Source: an uncultured Flavobacteriales bacterium
GTDB taxonomy: Bacteria; Bacteroidota; Bacteroidia; Flavobacteriales_D; CAJJDF01
Assembly: GCA_938009745.1 (NCBI GenBank)
Contig: CALLII010000003.1
Coordinates: forward strand, 3,126 to 67,125
Direction of reading: 5' to 3'
DNA: 64,000 bases
The notes under the pieces were generated by a model that was not told the origin of the DNA, searched no databases, and saw only the letters and a program-made list of their open reading frames with translations. Numbering within the stretch: the first letter of the stretch is position 1; each line of letters opens with the position of its first letter. A program made the translations under genes and the position numbers. This document shows positions 1 through 9,792 of this stretch, in pieces.

Positions 1-1
1 T

Positions 2-1630
2 TACGGGCAAAGCTACAACATGCGATTATTAGGGAATTGGGACAACAATCTTTTGCCAGCAAATAATGGAGGATACACTTACAGTGAAGTATTTGGATTT
101 GAAATGAATGGAGTAGAGTATGCTGTTATTGGCTCAACTCAAGGAACTCACATTATTGATATAAGTGATCCAGGCAATTTAATAGAAGTAGATTTTGTAC
201 CTGCGAAGTATCGAGGAAATGTTACTCATAGGGATTTTGATGTTCATGATGGATATTTATATATGGTTTGTGATCAATCTACAAGTAGTTTACAAATAGC
301 AGATTTATCATCTTTACCTGATTCTGTTACCATGGTTTATGACAGCAATAATTTAATAGTTAGATCGCACAATATTTTTATTGATTCTGCAAATGATATT
401 TTATACTCATGTGGAGGAAATAAACTTACAGGAGCTAATGAGTTGAGATTAATTGATATTTCTACTCCAACAGCACCATCATTAATAGTAGATTGTGCAG
501 ATGGAATTCCATGGTGGTCATCTAATGTTGGTTACGTTCATGATATCTACGTAAGAGATAACATTGCTTATACCAATGATGATGATGCAATGCACATCAT
601 TAATTTTTCTAATCCACTTGCACCAGTTATTTTAGGATCAATTTCTAGTTATGTAGATAAAGGATACAATCACTCAGGTTATTTAGCAGAAGATGATACA
701 ACTTATGTCATGTGTGATGAAACTCACGGAAAGAGAGTGAAGTTTATGGATGTAGCTACTCCTTCAACTATTTTAGTTACAGATGTAGAAGGAACAGCTT
801 TGCCAAATTCTACTCAGATTGCCCACAACCCTATAATTAAAGATGACTATGCGTATGTAAGTTATTATTATGATGGAGTTCAGGTTTACGATATAAAAGA
901 TAAATACAATGTAAGTAATGTTGCTTATTACGATACTTACCAAGGGCCTAATGCAGGAGGTGGAGAAGGTTGCTGGGGAGTTTATCCTTTATTACCATCA
1001 GGAAAAATATTAGCATCTGATAGAAGAAGAGGATTATTTGTGTTACAACATTTAACTCCACCAACAATTGAATTTGATGTTACTAACCAAACTTATTTTG
1101 AATTTGATGGGTTACAAAAGGCATACTTTTCACTTACTAATGAATTGGACGACACTGTAAGAGTTACTGTTGATATTGACCCAACTAGTTCAGCTACATT
1201 AAATTCTGATTATACTTTGAGCTCTATTTTTCCTAAAACATTCACATTTGCTCCAGGGCAAACAAGAGACAGTGTAGAGTTTTTATTGGTAGATAATCCA
1301 GATATAGAATCTTTAGAAACATTAATATTTAATCTTTCTTCTCCTTTTAATGGAGAAATTGGTAGTAGTTCTTCAGATACTATTTTTATTCAAGATAATG
1401 AAGTATTAAGTTTAAATGAAAGAGATAATAACGCTTTTAAACTATTCCCTAATCCTGCTAACTCAGGACAAATTATTACCTTTAATAAACAATATACATA
1501 TCAAGTGATAGATATATCAGGTAAAGTAATATTGGTAGGTAATGCTAAGCAGTTTTCAACATCTATACTTAGTTCTGGAGCTTATTTAGTCCAATACGGA
1601 AATAAAACAGAGAAATTAATCATTAACTAA
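2..1630 (+). CDS. Choice-of-anchor-B / LVIVD-type beta-propeller protein with a Calx-beta-like domain and a type A T9SS C-terminal sorting domain (5' partial, runs off the window)
   Basis: The frame is open from base 2 and the first Met has no signal peptide, so the N-terminus is cut by the window edge. A Calx-beta-like segment is present (DYTLSS..FAPGQTRDSVEFLLVDNPDIESLE). The C-terminus FKLFPNPANSGQIITF...GAYLVQYGNKTEKLIIN matches the type A Por_Secre_tail pattern. Confidence 0.75.
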   Translation, partial: YGQSYNMRLLGNWDNNLLPANNGGYTYSEVFGFEMNGVEYAVIGSTQGTHIIDISDPGNLIEVDFVPAKYRGNVTHRDFDVHDGYLYMVCDQSTSSLQIADLSSLPDSVTMVYDSNNLIVRSHNIFIDSANDILYSCGGNKLTGANELRLIDISTPTAPSLIVDCADGIPWWSSNVGYVHDIYVRDNIAYTNDDDAMHIINFSNPLAPVILGSISSYVDKGYNHSGYLAEDDTTYVMCDETHGKRVKFMDVATPSTILVTDVEGTALPNSTQIAHNPIIKDDYAYVSYYYDGVQVYDIKDKYNVSNVAYYDTYQGPNAGGGEGCWGVYPLLPSGKILASDRRRGLFVLQHLTPPTIEFDVTNQTYFEFDGLQKAYFSLTNELDDTVRVTVDIDPTSSATLNSDYTLSSIFPKTFTFAPGQTRDSVEFLLVDNPDIESLETLIFNLSSPFNGEIGSSSSDTIFIQDNEVLSLNERDNNAFKLFPNPANSGQIITFNKQYTYQVIDISGKVILVGNAKQFSTSILSSGAYLVQYGNKTEKLIIN

Positions 1631-1633
1631 TTT

Positions 1634-2647
1634 TTGTTCAAACTTGTAAAAATAGGAATAGTATTTTTAGCTTTATTCTCTTTGGATTTACAAGCTCAGG
1701 ATATCCATTTCTCACAATTTTACAATTCACCTTTAAATTTAAACCCAGCTTTAGCCGGTAATTTTGATGGTAATTATCGTTTTGCCGGTAACTACCGTAA
1801 CCAGTGGAGTTCGGTAACAATTCCTTTTGCTACATTTAGTATGTCTGGAGATGCACGTAACGTTTTTGGAATATCAAAAGCAGGAGCAGGAGTAATATTT
1901 AATAATGATAACACTGGGGATTCCCGATTTAGAACCACCATATTTAATGTAGCAGGAAGCTACGGTTTTGATATAAATGGTGATAGTACAAATAGAATTA
2001 CTGCCGGAATTCAAACAGGAATCACCAATAAAACATTAAGTTTTGATGAGTTAAGATTTGATGCACAGTACAATGGAACTTCTTTTCAGGGAGGATTACC
2101 AACAAGAGAAAGTTTTAATGCTACTTCTCAGACTTTTTTCAACCTTCATGCAGGATTAGCTTACAAGAGAACAATAGACTCTAGAAATATAATTTCAGCA
2201 GGATTGGCTTTGTTTAATATTACTAAGCCTCAAGAAAGCTACTTTGATAACCAGGCAATAAGATTAGACAGAAGACTTTCTGGGTTTGCATCATATCAAT
2301 TTTCTGTGTCTAATTCTATTGATATAATTCCTTCTACTTTTTTTATGGCACAAGGTAAATACTTCGAATACATTATAGGAGGAAGAGCAAAATATATACT
2401 TTCTGAAGTTACTGGAAGTAGACAGGCAGCTTACATTGGAATGTTTTTTAGAACCAAAGATGCAGGGTTTATAACTGCTGAATATGATTATAATAATTGG
2501 CATTTTGGATTGAGTTATGACATTAATTTATCTACTTTGAGGCAAGCAAGTAATGGAAGAGGAGGGATTGAGCTTTCGGCTATTTATATCTTAAAACTAT
2601 TTAAACCAACTAAGTACAAACATAAAATTTGTCCTGATTATATTTAA
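1634..2647 (+). CDS. PorP/SprF family type IX secretion system membrane protein
   Basis: Signal peptide is followed by QDIHFSQFYNSPLNLNPALAGNFDGNYRFAGNYRNQWSSV, the hallmark N-terminus of the PorP/SprF family. It needs a TTG start at 1634 because there is no in-frame ATG near the N-terminus. Confidence 0.9.
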   Translation: MFKLVKIGIVFLALFSLDLQAQDIHFSQFYNSPLNLNPALAGNFDGNYRFAGNYRNQWSSVTIPFATFSMSGDARNVFGISKAGAGVIFNNDNTGDSRFRTTIFNVAGSYGFDINGDSTNRITAGIQTGITNKTLSFDELRFDAQYNGTSFQGGLPTRESFNATSQTFFNLHAGLAYKRTIDSRNIISAGLALFNITKPQESYFDNQAIRLDRRLSGFASYQFSVSNSIDIIPSTFFMAQGKYFEYIIGGRAKYILSEVTGSRQAAYIGMFFRTKDAGFITAEYDYNNWHFGLSYDINLSTLRQASNGRGGIELSAIYILKLFKPTKYKHKICPDYI

Positions 2648-4869
2648 TGATTAGTAAAATATTCCATATCACATTATTTTTATTGATTTCAACTATGGGT
2701 TGGAACCAATCACAATCGCAATATATTTCGGCTGGTGAAAAGAGTATGGAAGAAGGAGATTTTTACGGAGCTTCTATTTATTTTGGTAAAGCAATGCTTT
2801 ATGATTCTACTGATTTGGATGTAGTTTTTCAATATGCTGAGTCTTTTAGACTTCATAATAATTATGAAAAAGCTGAATATTATTATAACAAAATATACGA
2901 AAAAGATGGAGGTAGAGAGTACAAAAAAGCTGTATTTTGGTTAGCTTCCATGCAAAAGATAAACGGAAAATACTTGGAAAGTTACAAGACTTGGAAACAT
3001 GTCAAAACACTATTTCCGAGAAGTAATACATACGAAAATCAAAAAGCTAAACAAGAGATAAAAGCATCTGCTTTCGCTCGTAGAGCAGAGAAATATAGGA
3101 ATAATGCTAAAGTGCTAAATGTTGGTGAAGGAGTTAATACAGTAGAATCTGAATTTAATCCTTGGATCCATAATCAGAAGTTATATTTCTCTTCGCAAAG
3201 AGCTAAAAATATCAATCCAAACGGAGAAGTGTTAGATGAGATTTACAAAGTAAAAGTATATCAAGCTCTTGTAAAAGATTCTGCTTGGGAGCTTGAAAAT
3301 GACTTGCCGTTCATTATTAATTCTCCTCAGTATCATAACGCTAATGCATGTTTTAGTCCAGATGGGACTCAGTTTTATTTTACAAGATGTACTGATAATG
3401 CTACTTGCGAAATAATGGTTTCTTCTTATTCTGAAGGGAAATGGATAGCTCCTAAATCTTTATCAATTAACACAACTGGAAAAAACACTCAGCCAATGAG
3501 TTGTATAGTTGATGGTGAGGAATTCTTGTTTTTTGCCTCTGACAGAAAGGGAGGTTTTGGAAAATTAGACATTTGGTATGCTAAGAAAAAACAAAATGGT
3601 GAATTTGAAAAGCCAGAAAATGCAGGGAAGCAAATAAATACTCCCGACAATGAAATTACCCCTTATTACGATTCTAAATCCGGTTCACTTTTCTTTAGTT
3701 CCGAGTGGCATGCAGGACTTGGAGGTTTCGATATTTTTCAATCTTTTGGGAATCCAGCCAGGTTAGGTAAGCCAAAGAATGTTGGCGCGCCTATAAATTC
3801 CAGATGGAACGACATGTATTATTATATAGATATTGTGACCGACTCTAATTACATGGCTTCTAACCGAGAAGGCAGTATGACGGATAAAAACGCTACGTGT
3901 TGTAATGATATTTATTCTGTTGCTTTTCCTGAGAAAATTGTGCCAGAAGAAATAGTAATAGAGACTTTAGAAGATCTAAATAAGTATTTGCCTGTAACTC
4001 TGTATTTTCATAATGATTGCCCAAATCCAAGGACTACAGCAACAACTACAACACTTAATTATACTGCAACTTATACCGATTACATTCAACTTGTTCCTAC
4101 CTACAAAGCTGAGTATTCCAAAGGATTATCGGAGTATAAAAAAGAAGAAGCTGTTTTGGATATTGATGATTTTTTCAAAGAATATGTAGAAAAAGGAGTG
4201 GAGGATTTAGAGTTATTTACTCAATTACTTTGGTTAGAATTACAAAAAGGAACTGAGGTAGAGCTTACTGTTAAGGGGTTTGCTAGTCCTTTAGCCAAAA
4301 CAGATTATAACGTAAAGCTAACTGGCAGAAGAATTTCTAGCCTACAGAATTATTTAAAGGAATATGAAAATGGTAAGTTTTTATCTTACATAAATTCCAG
4401 TAAACTCACATTTAAAGAAGTCCCATTTGGTGAATACACTGCAAGTACTTTGGTAAGTGATAATGTGAACGACCAAAGAAACTCTGTTTATAGTAGAGCA
4501 GCCGCATTAGAAAGAAAAATTGAAATAATATCAGTTAACTACCTCAATGAAAAGCAACCAAGAATAGGTTTAGATAAAGAATCAATAGATTTAGGAACTA
4601 TTAAAAAAGGATTTAAAATACCAGTTTCATTTACAGTTACAAATAATGGAAATGCTCCATTAGTTATTGAAAAAATTGAAGGTTCGTGTAGTTGTACAGT
4701 GGTAAATACTTCTCAAGTTCCATTGCAACCTGGAGAATCAAGAGTAATAAATGCTACTATAGATACCGAACAACTATCTGGCAAGCAAACCAAGGTGATT
4801 CAGATAACCTCAAACTCAAATCCTGTACTAACCGAATTTGTTGTTAACTTTGAGGTAATCGCAAACTAA
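2647..4869 (+). CDS. OmpA-family-like envelope protein: TPR + TolB-like (PD40) beta-propeller repeats + OmpA-like domain + C-terminal DUF1573
   Basis: Its start overlaps the sprF-like stop by 1 nt (TAATG). It has a signal peptide, a TPR-like N-terminus and PD40-like repeats (FSPDGTQFYFTR, LFFASDRKGGFGKLDIWYA). An OmpA-like segment is present (ELTVKGFASPLAKTDYNVKLTGRRISSLQNYL), followed by a DUF1573-like end (DLGTIKKG...NNGNAPLVIEKIEGSCSCTV). Confidence 0.8.
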   Translation: MISKIFHITLFLLISTMGWNQSQSQYISAGEKSMEEGDFYGASIYFGKAMLYDSTDLDVVFQYAESFRLHNNYEKAEYYYNKIYEKDGGREYKKAVFWLASMQKINGKYLESYKTWKHVKTLFPRSNTYENQKAKQEIKASAFARRAEKYRNNAKVLNVGEGVNTVESEFNPWIHNQKLYFSSQRAKNINPNGEVLDEIYKVKVYQALVKDSAWELENDLPFIINSPQYHNANACFSPDGTQFYFTRCTDNATCEIMVSSYSEGKWIAPKSLSINTTGKNTQPMSCIVDGEEFLFFASDRKGGFGKLDIWYAKKKQNGEFEKPENAGKQINTPDNEITPYYDSKSGSLFFSSEWHAGLGGFDIFQSFGNPARLGKPKNVGAPINSRWNDMYYYIDIVTDSNYMASNREGSMTDKNATCCNDIYSVAFPEKIVPEEIVIETLEDLNKYLPVTLYFHNDCPNPRTTATTTTLNYTATYTDYIQLVPTYKAEYSKGLSEYKKEEAVLDIDDFFKEYVEKGVEDLELFTQLLWLELQKGTEVELTVKGFASPLAKTDYNVKLTGRRISSLQNYLKEYENGKFLSYINSSKLTFKEVPFGEYTASTLVSDNVNDQRNSVYSRAAALERKIEIISVNYLNEKQPRIGLDKESIDLGTIKKGFKIPVSFTVTNNGNAPLVIEKIEGSCSCTVVNTSQVPLQPGESRVINATIDTEQLSGKQTKVIQITSNSNPVLTEFVVNFEVIAN

Positions 4870-4875
4870 CAAACT

Positions 4876-5367
4876 ATGCCATATTTCGATAGATACATTG
4901 CACTTTCGACATCTCAAGACATTGAAACTACCTTGGTAGAAAGTCACAATCATTTAATTCAATTGATTCAACCTTTGAGTGATGAACAAATGGATTTTGC
5001 ATACGAAGAAGGGAAATGGAGCATAAAAGAACTAATGCAACACCTTATCGATACAGAGAGGATATTTGTATACAGAGCATTAAGATTTGCTCGAAATGAC
5101 AAAACTGAATTGCCTGGTTATGATCACGAAACATATAATTCAGAATCGAATGCTAAGCAAAAATCTAAAGATCAATTATTAAAAGAATTTGTGGCAGTTC
5201 ATAGAGCTACTATCATGTTTTTTAATCAATTGCCTCAAGAAGCTTTTTCCAGAGAAGGAAAAGCAAGTGGTGAAGAAATGACTGTAAATCAAATTGCTCA
5301 CATAATAGCAGGTCACACTCAACATCATTTATCTATTATAGAAGAAAGATATTTACTAAATTTATAA
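4876..5367 (+). CDS. DinB family protein
   Basis: 163 aa with a four-helix DinB_2-like pattern and a His-rich C-terminal helix (IAGHTQHHLSIIEE). Confidence 0.75.
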   Translation: MPYFDRYIALSTSQDIETTLVESHNHLIQLIQPLSDEQMDFAYEEGKWSIKELMQHLIDTERIFVYRALRFARNDKTELPGYDHETYNSESNAKQKSKDQLLKEFVAVHRATIMFFNQLPQEAFSREGKASGEEMTVNQIAHIIAGHTQHHLSIIEERYLLNL

Positions 5368-5369
5368 GT

Positions 5370-7253
5370 ATGAAACACTTAACCGTCCTTTTTTGTTTAT
5401 TCATTCTATCACTTGGAGTTCAAAGTCAATTACTTACACCACAAACAATGATGTATCCTACATCAAATGGAGACAGTTTGGAAGTGGATGTTTATTTACC
5501 CAATAACACTGGTTCATTTCCTGTAATATTAATTCAAACACCCTATGGTAAATTCTCTTTTAGAAATGGAATGCCATTAGGAATAAGAAGGAACTTATCG
5601 ACTAGTAATTATGCTTTCGTAATATTAGATTGGAGAGGGAGGTTTGCTAATTTATCGAAATTTGACGCTTCAGTCACCACTGGTGAAGACGGTTATGATT
5701 TGGTAGAATGGATAGCAACACAAACTTGGAGTACCGGAAAAATTGGTACTTGGGGACCTTCAGCTCTTGGAAATGTACAATTTGAAACTGCAAAAAAACA
5801 ACCACCCCATTTAACTTGTGCAGTTCCACAAGTATGTTCACCTCAATTTTTTTACAATGATTATTATGCTGGTGGATCAGCAAGAGTGGCTTATCTCGAG
5901 CAACTAGATGGATTAGGTTTTGGTGTTTCTTCAACAGTTATTGCTCATCCTTATTATGATTTTTTATGGTCTGCAGCTGAAGCCAGTACTGTTTATCCGG
6001 ATAGTATTAAAATACCAATGCTATTAACTGGAGGTTGGTACGATCATAATACTGATGGGATGTTATTTCAGTTTGATACCTGTACAAAAAACTCAATTTT
6101 ACCAACTGGAACTAAACATCATTTATTAATGGGACCATGGGTTCACGGAGGATCTGGAGCAGCTTATGTTGGTTCGGCTATTCAAGGTCAACTTACTTAT
6201 AACAATGCTGAAGGAATTAGTGATTCAGTAGCCTTAGAATTCTTTGATTATCATTTAAGAAGTATAAATAACGGATGGGATTCCAAACCAGCTGTAATGT
6301 ATTACCAAATGGGAGACGACCAATGGTTAGAAGATTCTGAATGGCCAGTTTCATATACTACTCCTACTAATTATTACTTACACGGAGATGGAAGTTTAAA
6401 AACTACTCAATCAACAACAGATAGTTTATCTTTTTCATATAATCCAAATAATCCATCACCTACAATAGGTGGAGCAACATTAAGTACTTCTTTAGATCAA
6501 GGTCCTTATGACCAAGTCCCTTTAGTAGAATCAAGATCGGACTTAATTACTTTTGAAACTTCAACTTTAACTCAGGATTTAAAAGTAAAAGGAAAAATAG
6601 GAGTGAACTTTTACATAAGTTCGGATAAAAAAGATACTGATGTAGCCATTAGAGTTACTGATGTTTATCCAGATGGGAGATCTATGCTGTTAATGGATGG
6701 AATTCAAAGAATGAGGTTTAGAAATGGATATCGAGTTTCGGATACTGCTTTTATGATTCCAGGTACAGTATATCCAGTTTCTATTGCCATCCCAAATACA
6801 GCAATTACATTTAAAGCAGGACATAAACTAAGAATTGTTGTTACTTCTAGTAATTATCCAATGTATAACCGTAACATGAACAATGGAGGAGTGATGTATC
6901 CTGGAAGTAATTTAGACTCCGTTTTAAATCCACAAACCTCAACTAATACTATTCATGTTGGAGCAACTTACTCAAGTCATTTGGTATTACCAGTTGATAA
7001 TACTAACACATCTATTTCTGAAATTGACTTGTTTAAAGTAGAGGTGTTTCCAAATCCGAGTAATGATGTAATTAATATTAAGTCGGAGGAAATTGTTAAC
7101 CAAGTAACCGTATTTAGTTTATCTGGAAAACAACTATTTAGGACTAATCAAAATACCAATCAAATTAATTTAACTGGTTTTAAAAGTGGAATTTATTTCC
7201 TTGTTATTGAAACCAAAAAAGGGACTTTAACTAAAAAAATAATTAAAAAGTAA
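5370..7253 (+). CDS. CocE/NonD family hydrolase (S15 X-Pro dipeptidyl-peptidase fold) with a type A T9SS sorting domain
   Basis: Signal peptide and an alpha/beta-hydrolase N-domain (VILIQTPYGK, GTWGPSALG nucleophile elbow). The C-terminus VEVFPNPSNDVINIK...GIYFLVIETKKGTLTKKIIKK is a type A CTD. Confidence 0.85.
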   Translation: MKHLTVLFCLFILSLGVQSQLLTPQTMMYPTSNGDSLEVDVYLPNNTGSFPVILIQTPYGKFSFRNGMPLGIRRNLSTSNYAFVILDWRGRFANLSKFDASVTTGEDGYDLVEWIATQTWSTGKIGTWGPSALGNVQFETAKKQPPHLTCAVPQVCSPQFFYNDYYAGGSARVAYLEQLDGLGFGVSSTVIAHPYYDFLWSAAEASTVYPDSIKIPMLLTGGWYDHNTDGMLFQFDTCTKNSILPTGTKHHLLMGPWVHGGSGAAYVGSAIQGQLTYNNAEGISDSVALEFFDYHLRSINNGWDSKPAVMYYQMGDDQWLEDSEWPVSYTTPTNYYLHGDGSLKTTQSTTDSLSFSYNPNNPSPTIGGATLSTSLDQGPYDQVPLVESRSDLITFETSTLTQDLKVKGKIGVNFYISSDKKDTDVAIRVTDVYPDGRSMLLMDGIQRMRFRNGYRVSDTAFMIPGTVYPVSIAIPNTAITFKAGHKLRIVVTSSNYPMYNRNMNNGGVMYPGSNLDSVLNPQTSTNTIHVGATYSSHLVLPVDNTNTSISEIDLFKVEVFPNPSNDVINIKSEEIVNQVTVFSLSGKQLFRTNQNTNQINLTGFKSGIYFLVIETKKGTLTKKIIKK

Positions 7254-7255
7254 GT

Positions 7256-7870
7256 ATGAAAAAACAATTAATAATCCTGTTTTGTTTGTTATCTGTTGTT
7301 GGTTTTTCTCAAAAAAACAACAATTCTATTTTAGCAGAAAACACTGAATATAGAGCAAAACTAAATGCCTTATATTCACATTCTAAACATTCACCTTTAA
7401 CCAAAAAGGCTAGAAGAAAATTTGACTCAATTCCTTTCTTTCCAATAGATACAAATTACTATATAGTTGCAAAATTTGAAAGAATAATTGATGGTGAGGA
7501 GTTCAAAATGAAAACTTCAACTGCAAGAGAGCCAGTGTATAAAGTGTTTGGCAAAGCAATCTTTACATTAAGGGATACAACTTATGAATTGATGATATAT
7601 CAGAACGTAAATTTGACTAAAAAAGAAGGATATGAAAATTATTTATTTCTGCCTTTTAATGATTACACAAATGGGAATGAAACGTATGGAGGTGGACGTT
7701 ATTTAGACATAAGAATTCCTGATGGTGATACTATTATTTTGGATTTTAATAAAGCTTACAATCCTTATTGTGCTTATACTGATGGTTATTCTTGTCCAGT
7801 TCCACCAAAAGAAAATTCAGTTGCTACTTATATTTATGCTGGGGTTCAATATGAAGGAGAGGAGCATTAA
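7256..7870 (+). CDS. DUF1684 domain-containing protein
   Basis: Family-typical motifs are present: GGGRYLDI, LDFNKAYNPYCAY, SCPVPPKEN. Confidence 0.85.
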   Translation: MKKQLIILFCLLSVVGFSQKNNNSILAENTEYRAKLNALYSHSKHSPLTKKARRKFDSIPFFPIDTNYYIVAKFERIIDGEEFKMKTSTAREPVYKVFGKAIFTLRDTTYELMIYQNVNLTKKEGYENYLFLPFNDYTNGNETYGGGRYLDIRIPDGDTIILDFNKAYNPYCAYTDGYSCPVPPKENSVATYIYAGVQYEGEEH

Positions 7871-7872
7871 TT

Positions 7873-8400
7873 CTACAAAATTTTTGCATCCACAAAGAAA
7901 GTAGAGTTAATATCAATAATATGATCTTGCGTAATCACTTCATCAGTTACTGTTTTAACTCTCAAGTTAAATTCATCTTTAATGATGTATTCCTTTAAGT
8001 TTTCATCTGAAACTTCAAGATTAATAGTTTTACCAATTGAAGACGATACCTCAGTATCCCATGCTACTCGTTTCTCACTTAATCCATCAGCATCAATATA
8101 TATTTCTATAGACTTCAAAAAACTAAAATCTGAATTTGCAGGAGTTTTTAATACTAATTGTAATTTTCTTAAAGATATAAACTCAACTTTATCTTTTCTG
8201 GTATCATTTATTGCAAAAGCACTTGACGAATTTGTTTCCATGTCTGGAGTAAACACATCAAAAGGTAAATTGATTCCAGTTGAAGAAGGAATAGTTACTT
8301 CAGTAGTGTAATCAATTTCAAATTGAGTTAATTCTTCTGCTTTTTTACAACCAAATAGTAATGTTGAAATTGTAAATACAATTAAAATAGAATTTTTCAT
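7873..8400 (-). CDS. Hypothetical lipoprotein
   Basis: The internal Met at 8400 gives MKNSILIVFTISTLLFGCKK (signal peptide plus lipobox). The longer ORF-track start at 8469 would overlap the divergent MFS gene. Confidence 0.6.
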   Translation of the reverse strand: MKNSILIVFTISTLLFGCKKAEELTQFEIDYTTEVTIPSSTGINLPFDVFTPDMETNSSSAFAINDTRKDKVEFISLRKLQLVLKTPANSDFSFLKSIEIYIDADGLSEKRVAWDTEVSSSIGKTINLEVSDENLKEYIIKDEFNLRVKTVTDEVITQDHIIDINSTFFVDAKIL

Positions 8401-8446
8401 AAGTCGTGGATTTATACAAATATAAAAATTAACTATATATTTAACC

Positions 8447-9781
8447 ATGGCAATAGAAAAAGGAAACAAAAAGACAATCCGTGGTTGGATGATGTACGAC
8501 TGGGCTAACTCTGTTTACAACCTGGTTATTAGTTCGGCAATTTTTCCAATGTTCTATGAAGCGATTACTAAAAATAATGGTAGAGTAGAATATATAAATG
8601 GGAATGAACAAATTATAATTGAAGCATTTGGAACAGAGTGGATAAACACTTCTTTGATTACTTATGTAATGGCAATTGGGTTTTTTATTGTGGCAATTCT
8701 TTCTCCTATACTTTCTGGTGTAGCTGATTACATAGGAAACAAAAAAATGTTCATGCGTATTTTTTGTTATGTCGGCTCTTTGTCATGTATGTGTTTGTAT
8801 TTTTTCGAATATAAAAATGTAGAACTAGGATTTTTGTTTTACTTATTTGCATTAATTGGTTTTTGGGGTAGTTTGGTGTTTTACAATGCTTACTTACCAG
8901 AAATTGCTGATAAAAAAGATCATGACCGAATTAGTGCTCAGGGTTTTTCTATGGGTTATATCGGTAGTGTTTTGTTGTTACTTGTGTGCTTGTATATGGT
9001 TCTAAATGGAGAAAGTCTGGGTTTTGAAGGAAGTGAAGCAGCAAGAACAGGATTTTTACTAACAGGTATTTGGTGGTTTAGTTTTAGTCATATTTTCTTC
9101 TTTAGGATAAAAGAAAAAAGAGAGAGGAAGAAAATTACAGGGAAAGTACTAAGTAGTGGTTTTCAAGAATTAAAGCAGGTTTATCTTGAGTTTATGAAGG
9201 ATAAACAATTAAAAAGGTTTCTTCCTGCATTCTTTATGATAAGTACAGGAGTACAAACTGTAATGCTTGTGGCAACTTATTTTGCAGCAAAAGAAATAGA
9301 CTGGATTGATGAGGCTAGTAAGAAGCAGGGATTAATAACAAGTATTTTATTAATTCAACTTATTGCAATTGTTGGAGCCATGCTTATGTCAAAAGTTTCT
9401 AAAAAAATAGGTAATATCAAGTCCTTACAACTCATAGTTTTTGCTTGGGCTTGTATCGTAATTTGGGCATATTTTATTCATTCACCTACTGAGTTTTATA
9501 TTACAGCAGCTCTGGTAGGGCTTGTAATGGGATCTGTTCAAGCATTGTCACGATCTACCTATTCGAAGTTTTTACCAGAAACAGAAGACACTTCTTCTTA
9601 CTTTAGTTTTTATGATGTAACAGAAAAAATAGGAATCGTATTAGGTTTATTTCTTTTTGGATTTCTTGAACAAATTACTGGTGATATGAGAATATCAATT
9701 TTAGTGGTTGGTTTATTTTTCGTTCTAGCGTTCATTTTACTTAGTTTTGTACCAAAGGATAAAGCTGAAAAATCACTTTAA
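8447..9781 (+). CDS. MFS transporter, UMF1 (Atg22-like) family
   Basis: N-terminus KKTIRGWMMYDWANSVY is typical of UMF1 and the sequence has about 12 hydrophobic spans. Confidence 0.8.
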   Translation: MAIEKGNKKTIRGWMMYDWANSVYNLVISSAIFPMFYEAITKNNGRVEYINGNEQIIIEAFGTEWINTSLITYVMAIGFFIVAILSPILSGVADYIGNKKMFMRIFCYVGSLSCMCLYFFEYKNVELGFLFYLFALIGFWGSLVFYNAYLPEIADKKDHDRISAQGFSMGYIGSVLLLLVCLYMVLNGESLGFEGSEAARTGFLLTGIWWFSFSHIFFFRIKEKRERKKITGKVLSSGFQELKQVYLEFMKDKQLKRFLPAFFMISTGVQTVMLVATYFAAKEIDWIDEASKKQGLITSILLIQLIAIVGAMLMSKVSKKIGNIKSLQLIVFAWACIVIWAYFIHSPTEFYITAALVGLVMGSVQALSRSTYSKFLPETEDTSSYFSFYDVTEKIGIVLGLFLFGFLEQITGDMRISILVVGLFFVLAFILLSFVPKDKAEKSL

Positions 9782-9792
9782 ACATTTAGTAT

